Source: Rhina ancylostomus (taxonomy: Eukaryota). From it: a DNA stretch of 64,000 bases. Below are positions 63,332 to 64,000 of this stretch, one piece after another. The DNA lies in assembly GCA_030265395.1 (NCBI GenBank), contig JARFYF010000052.1, positions 110,310,017 through 110,374,016 on the forward strand, given 5' to 3'. The notes beneath the pieces are model-generated. The model did no database searches. It saw nothing but the letters and a program-made list of their open reading frames with translations, and was not told the origin of the DNA. The number at the start of each line of letters is the position of its first letter. Position 1 is the stretch's first letter. A program made the translations under genes and the position numbers.

Positions 63332-63620
63332 CTGTTAAAAAGAGAACTACATTATATTCCAATTAATTACAGCAATGATTTCTCCTAATAAATCAAATAA
63401 TATTATTCTGTTCTCAAGATGATTTCCAAGTAAATATTTTCAAAACAATTATTTGCACATGAAGTTATGGTCATATGATCGAAGTAGAAATACCGACTTA
63501 TTTGAGTGGACTTTAAGTTAATAGACTAAATTGCAAACATTGCTAAGAGGATGAAATAAAGCTTTAGAGTACTAAGCAGTTAAAAATATAAATTAGAACA
63601 GATGGATGATGCTCACAGAC

Positions 63621-63734
63621 CAATTGCTTTTGCCAGAAATCGGGCACTGTTAATATTTTTCACTTCAGCTCTCACGCCATATGGTTCCCCAGGTCGACGT
63701 ACTGAAATGTTGGCATCCACTCTCAACTGTCCCT
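63621..63734 (-). CDS. GATB: GATB (mitochondrial Glu-tRNA(Gln) amidotransferase subunit B) internal exon; upstream exons lie beyond the window
   Basis: tatag|AG GGA...ATT G|gtctgt, 114 nt; [37 protein letters not shown] contains GatB RxDANxS and EVKNxNS motifs. Confidence 0.93.
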
Positions 63735-64000
63735 CTATACAAATGAAAGTGAGAAACAACTACAATATGCCTTTACAAAAATGAAACACACACAACCTGC
63801 TTATGGTTCCAGGATAATGATTTGTAAATGTAGATTTAAATTAAAAGTTCACTGAATCACGACACTTTGACATGAAAGAATTAAAATCAATTTCCTTCAA
63901 AGTATAATGGAAGAGGAAAGTTAGCAAGACATGACTCATACATTTCAGACTACATTAAATTTCTAAGTCTGAAAATCTTCAACAACTTGCAGGATACTAT

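Noticed and set aside
1-64000. CRISPR array, operon or prokaryotic defence system
   Set aside because: Spliced vertebrate genes and vertebrate TEs throughout; no regularly spaced repeat-spacer array

Overview
Vertebrate nuclear DNA from a gapped draft assembly; the repeat content (V-SINE/HE1-like, CR1, Penelope-like, Rex-Babar, RTE) points to a cartilaginous fish. Two spliced genes converge tail-to-tail, as I recall they do in human. FHIP1A (FAM160A1) contributes its last nine coding exons on + (7571-47610) and GATB (PET112) its last eight on - (63734-49498). All splice junctions are GT-AG and phase-consistent. Introns are filled with decayed transposons. I found no convincing new multi-gene system. 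The best leads are (i) many Penelope-terminal-repeat copies carrying minimal hammerhead-ribozyme motifs, some as near-spacerless palindromes; (ii) a SKIP-like LEWDDS kinesin-light-chain motif in the large FHIP1A exon; (iii) V-SINEs with two different LINE-derived tails; and (iv) local direct and inverted duplications near splice sites. Family assignments come from recalled motifs, not database searches. Repeat boundaries are approximate.
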